DNA of 64,000 nucleotides from Cenococcum geophilum (Eukaryota): NCBI GenBank assembly GCA_050273025.1, contig CP158635.1, positions 7,316,001 to 7,380,000 of the forward strand, read 5' to 3'. Shown piece by piece: positions 62,922 to 64,000 of this stretch (position 1 is its first letter; each line of letters starts with the position of its first letter). The notes under the pieces were generated by a model. It saw only the letters and a program-made list of their open reading frames with translations, ran no database searches and was not told where the DNA came from. The position numbers and the translations under genes were made by a program.

Positions 62922-64000
62922 TTATTCTGCCATATTGCAAATATCTATCCACCTTTCGCCCCTCTGAATACCTTCCGGTCCGTCTTTCACAGGGCAGGAG
63001 TCACTATGCGGCATCCATGAATCGTTACGGTAAAGAGCCGACACCCACTCCCCGCCCATGAGCATCTTGTCTACTACACTGCTGGAAAGCCAGAAGCGCA
63101 CCCCTTGCGCAATGTCTCTAATTGTGTTAGTCCACTCGAAAACGCTGACCACAATTATTCCTTCTTCTCGTAACCTCTTATCACTCGCCGAGGAGTTTCC
63201 CGTCTCGTCGTCTAAGAGGGCTTCACGCAACGTCTTTGTGTCTTCTTTGAACAAATCGTTATTTATGAAGACGAGGACGAAATGAGGAAAGTTGTTGTAA
63301 AAATACCGAACATCCTTGAGGCAAAGGGTGTACAGGTAAATATCATGCAGACTAGGTAGACCAGGCGGAGCAAATCCAAATGGAAGTAGCGGCATCCAGA
63401 TGGTTGCTTGAGTTTGCATTTCGGCGACGAATGGCGAGACACTCATGACCCTAACTGAACGATGCTGTTTCAACTCTGAGATGGCGAGAGGGCATGAGCG
63501 GGGAGGGCGAGCATTAGTAGTGATTTTTCCGCCAAGGACGCTGGAAAGAAAGCCCCCTAACCAATGAGCAGGGTATCCTAACTCGTGTAAATGCATAATG
63601 ACACGGAAGATGGTTGTAATGTTAAGGGGGGAGTAAACCGTCTTGTCCCAAGCAGGCCCAGCGAATTTGCGGTGATAGGGAATAGTAATCTTGAGGAATA
63701 TGGTATATAGCCATTTTTCAAGTGTCGTCCGGTGAAGGAGCTCTGGGAATCTAAGCTTTTTGCTGTCCCGTCGTGTCCAGTATAGGTATTCATCGAGGGT
63801 ATAGTGTTTCATTGCATCAGGCCGTAGGCCGTGTGTTGCAGGTTCCACATTCATGATTTTTGACAACACCTGATATTCGCTTTCGCAAACATATTCGTTC
63901 ATGAATGGTTTTGGATCAGTTTGGTCTTTGAAGGCAGGATTATTTCGTAGGACGTTGGCAGTGACCCAAGAAGTGCCATGCATTTGCTTCGTGATAGGCA
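62922..64000 (-). CDS. 3' part of a conserved fungal hypothetical protein (resembles the C-terminus of DUF4470-containing proteins); 5' end outside the window
   Basis: Open frame of at least 353 aa to the window edge; WLYTIFLKI, SPLNITTIFR, LHELGYPAHWL, TTNARPPRS motifs. Family assignment is from recollection. Confidence 0.6.
   Translation of the reverse strand, partial: PITKQMHGTSWVTANVLRNNPAFKDQTDPKPFMNEYVCESEYQVLSKIMNVEPATHGLRPDAMKHYTLDEYLYWTRRDSKKLRFPELLHRTTLEKWLYTIFLKITIPYHRKFAGPAWDKTVYSPLNITTIFRVIMHLHELGYPAHWLGGFLSSVLGGKITTNARPPRSCPLAISELKQHRSVRVMSVSPFVAEMQTQATIWMPLLPFGFAPPGLPSLHDIYLYTLCLKDVRYFYNNFPHFVLVFINNDLFKEDTKTLREALLDDETGNSSASDKRLREEGIIVVSVFEWTNTIRDIAQGVRFWLSSSVVDKMLMGGEWVSALYRNDSWMPHSDSCPVKDGPEGIQRGERWIDICNMAE

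Overview
Filamentous ascomycete (Pezizomycotina) genomic DNA: GT-AG introns with CTRAC branch sites and a strong RIP signature. 1-19.4 kb is an AT-rich, RIP-destroyed nest of LTR retrotransposons: a Copia 5' half, a Gypsy containing a second complete Gypsy, two solo LTRs and a foldback MITE. 19.4-30.2 kb is a GC-balanced island holding two intact, divergently transcribed giant genes of unknown function, one about 1172 aa with a single 52-bp intron and one 1487 aa and intronless. They look like a bacterial-type gene pair and share a 699-bp intergenic region with a 150-bp tandem duplication. 30.3-35.4 kb holds a lightly RIPed pogo/Fot1 element and a non-coding element with a 9-bp TSD, hairpin termini and a minisatellite core. 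A diverged relative of that element lies inverted at 57.4-59.0 kb. The rest is ordinary gene space: vigilin/SCP160, a LaeA-like methyltransferase, a Tc1 remnant, a P450, an F-box pseudogene, a coiled-coil protein, two MFS transporters and a partial gene. The two main leads are the giant gene pair and the hairpin-ended element family. All calls come from reading the sequence; no database searches were run.
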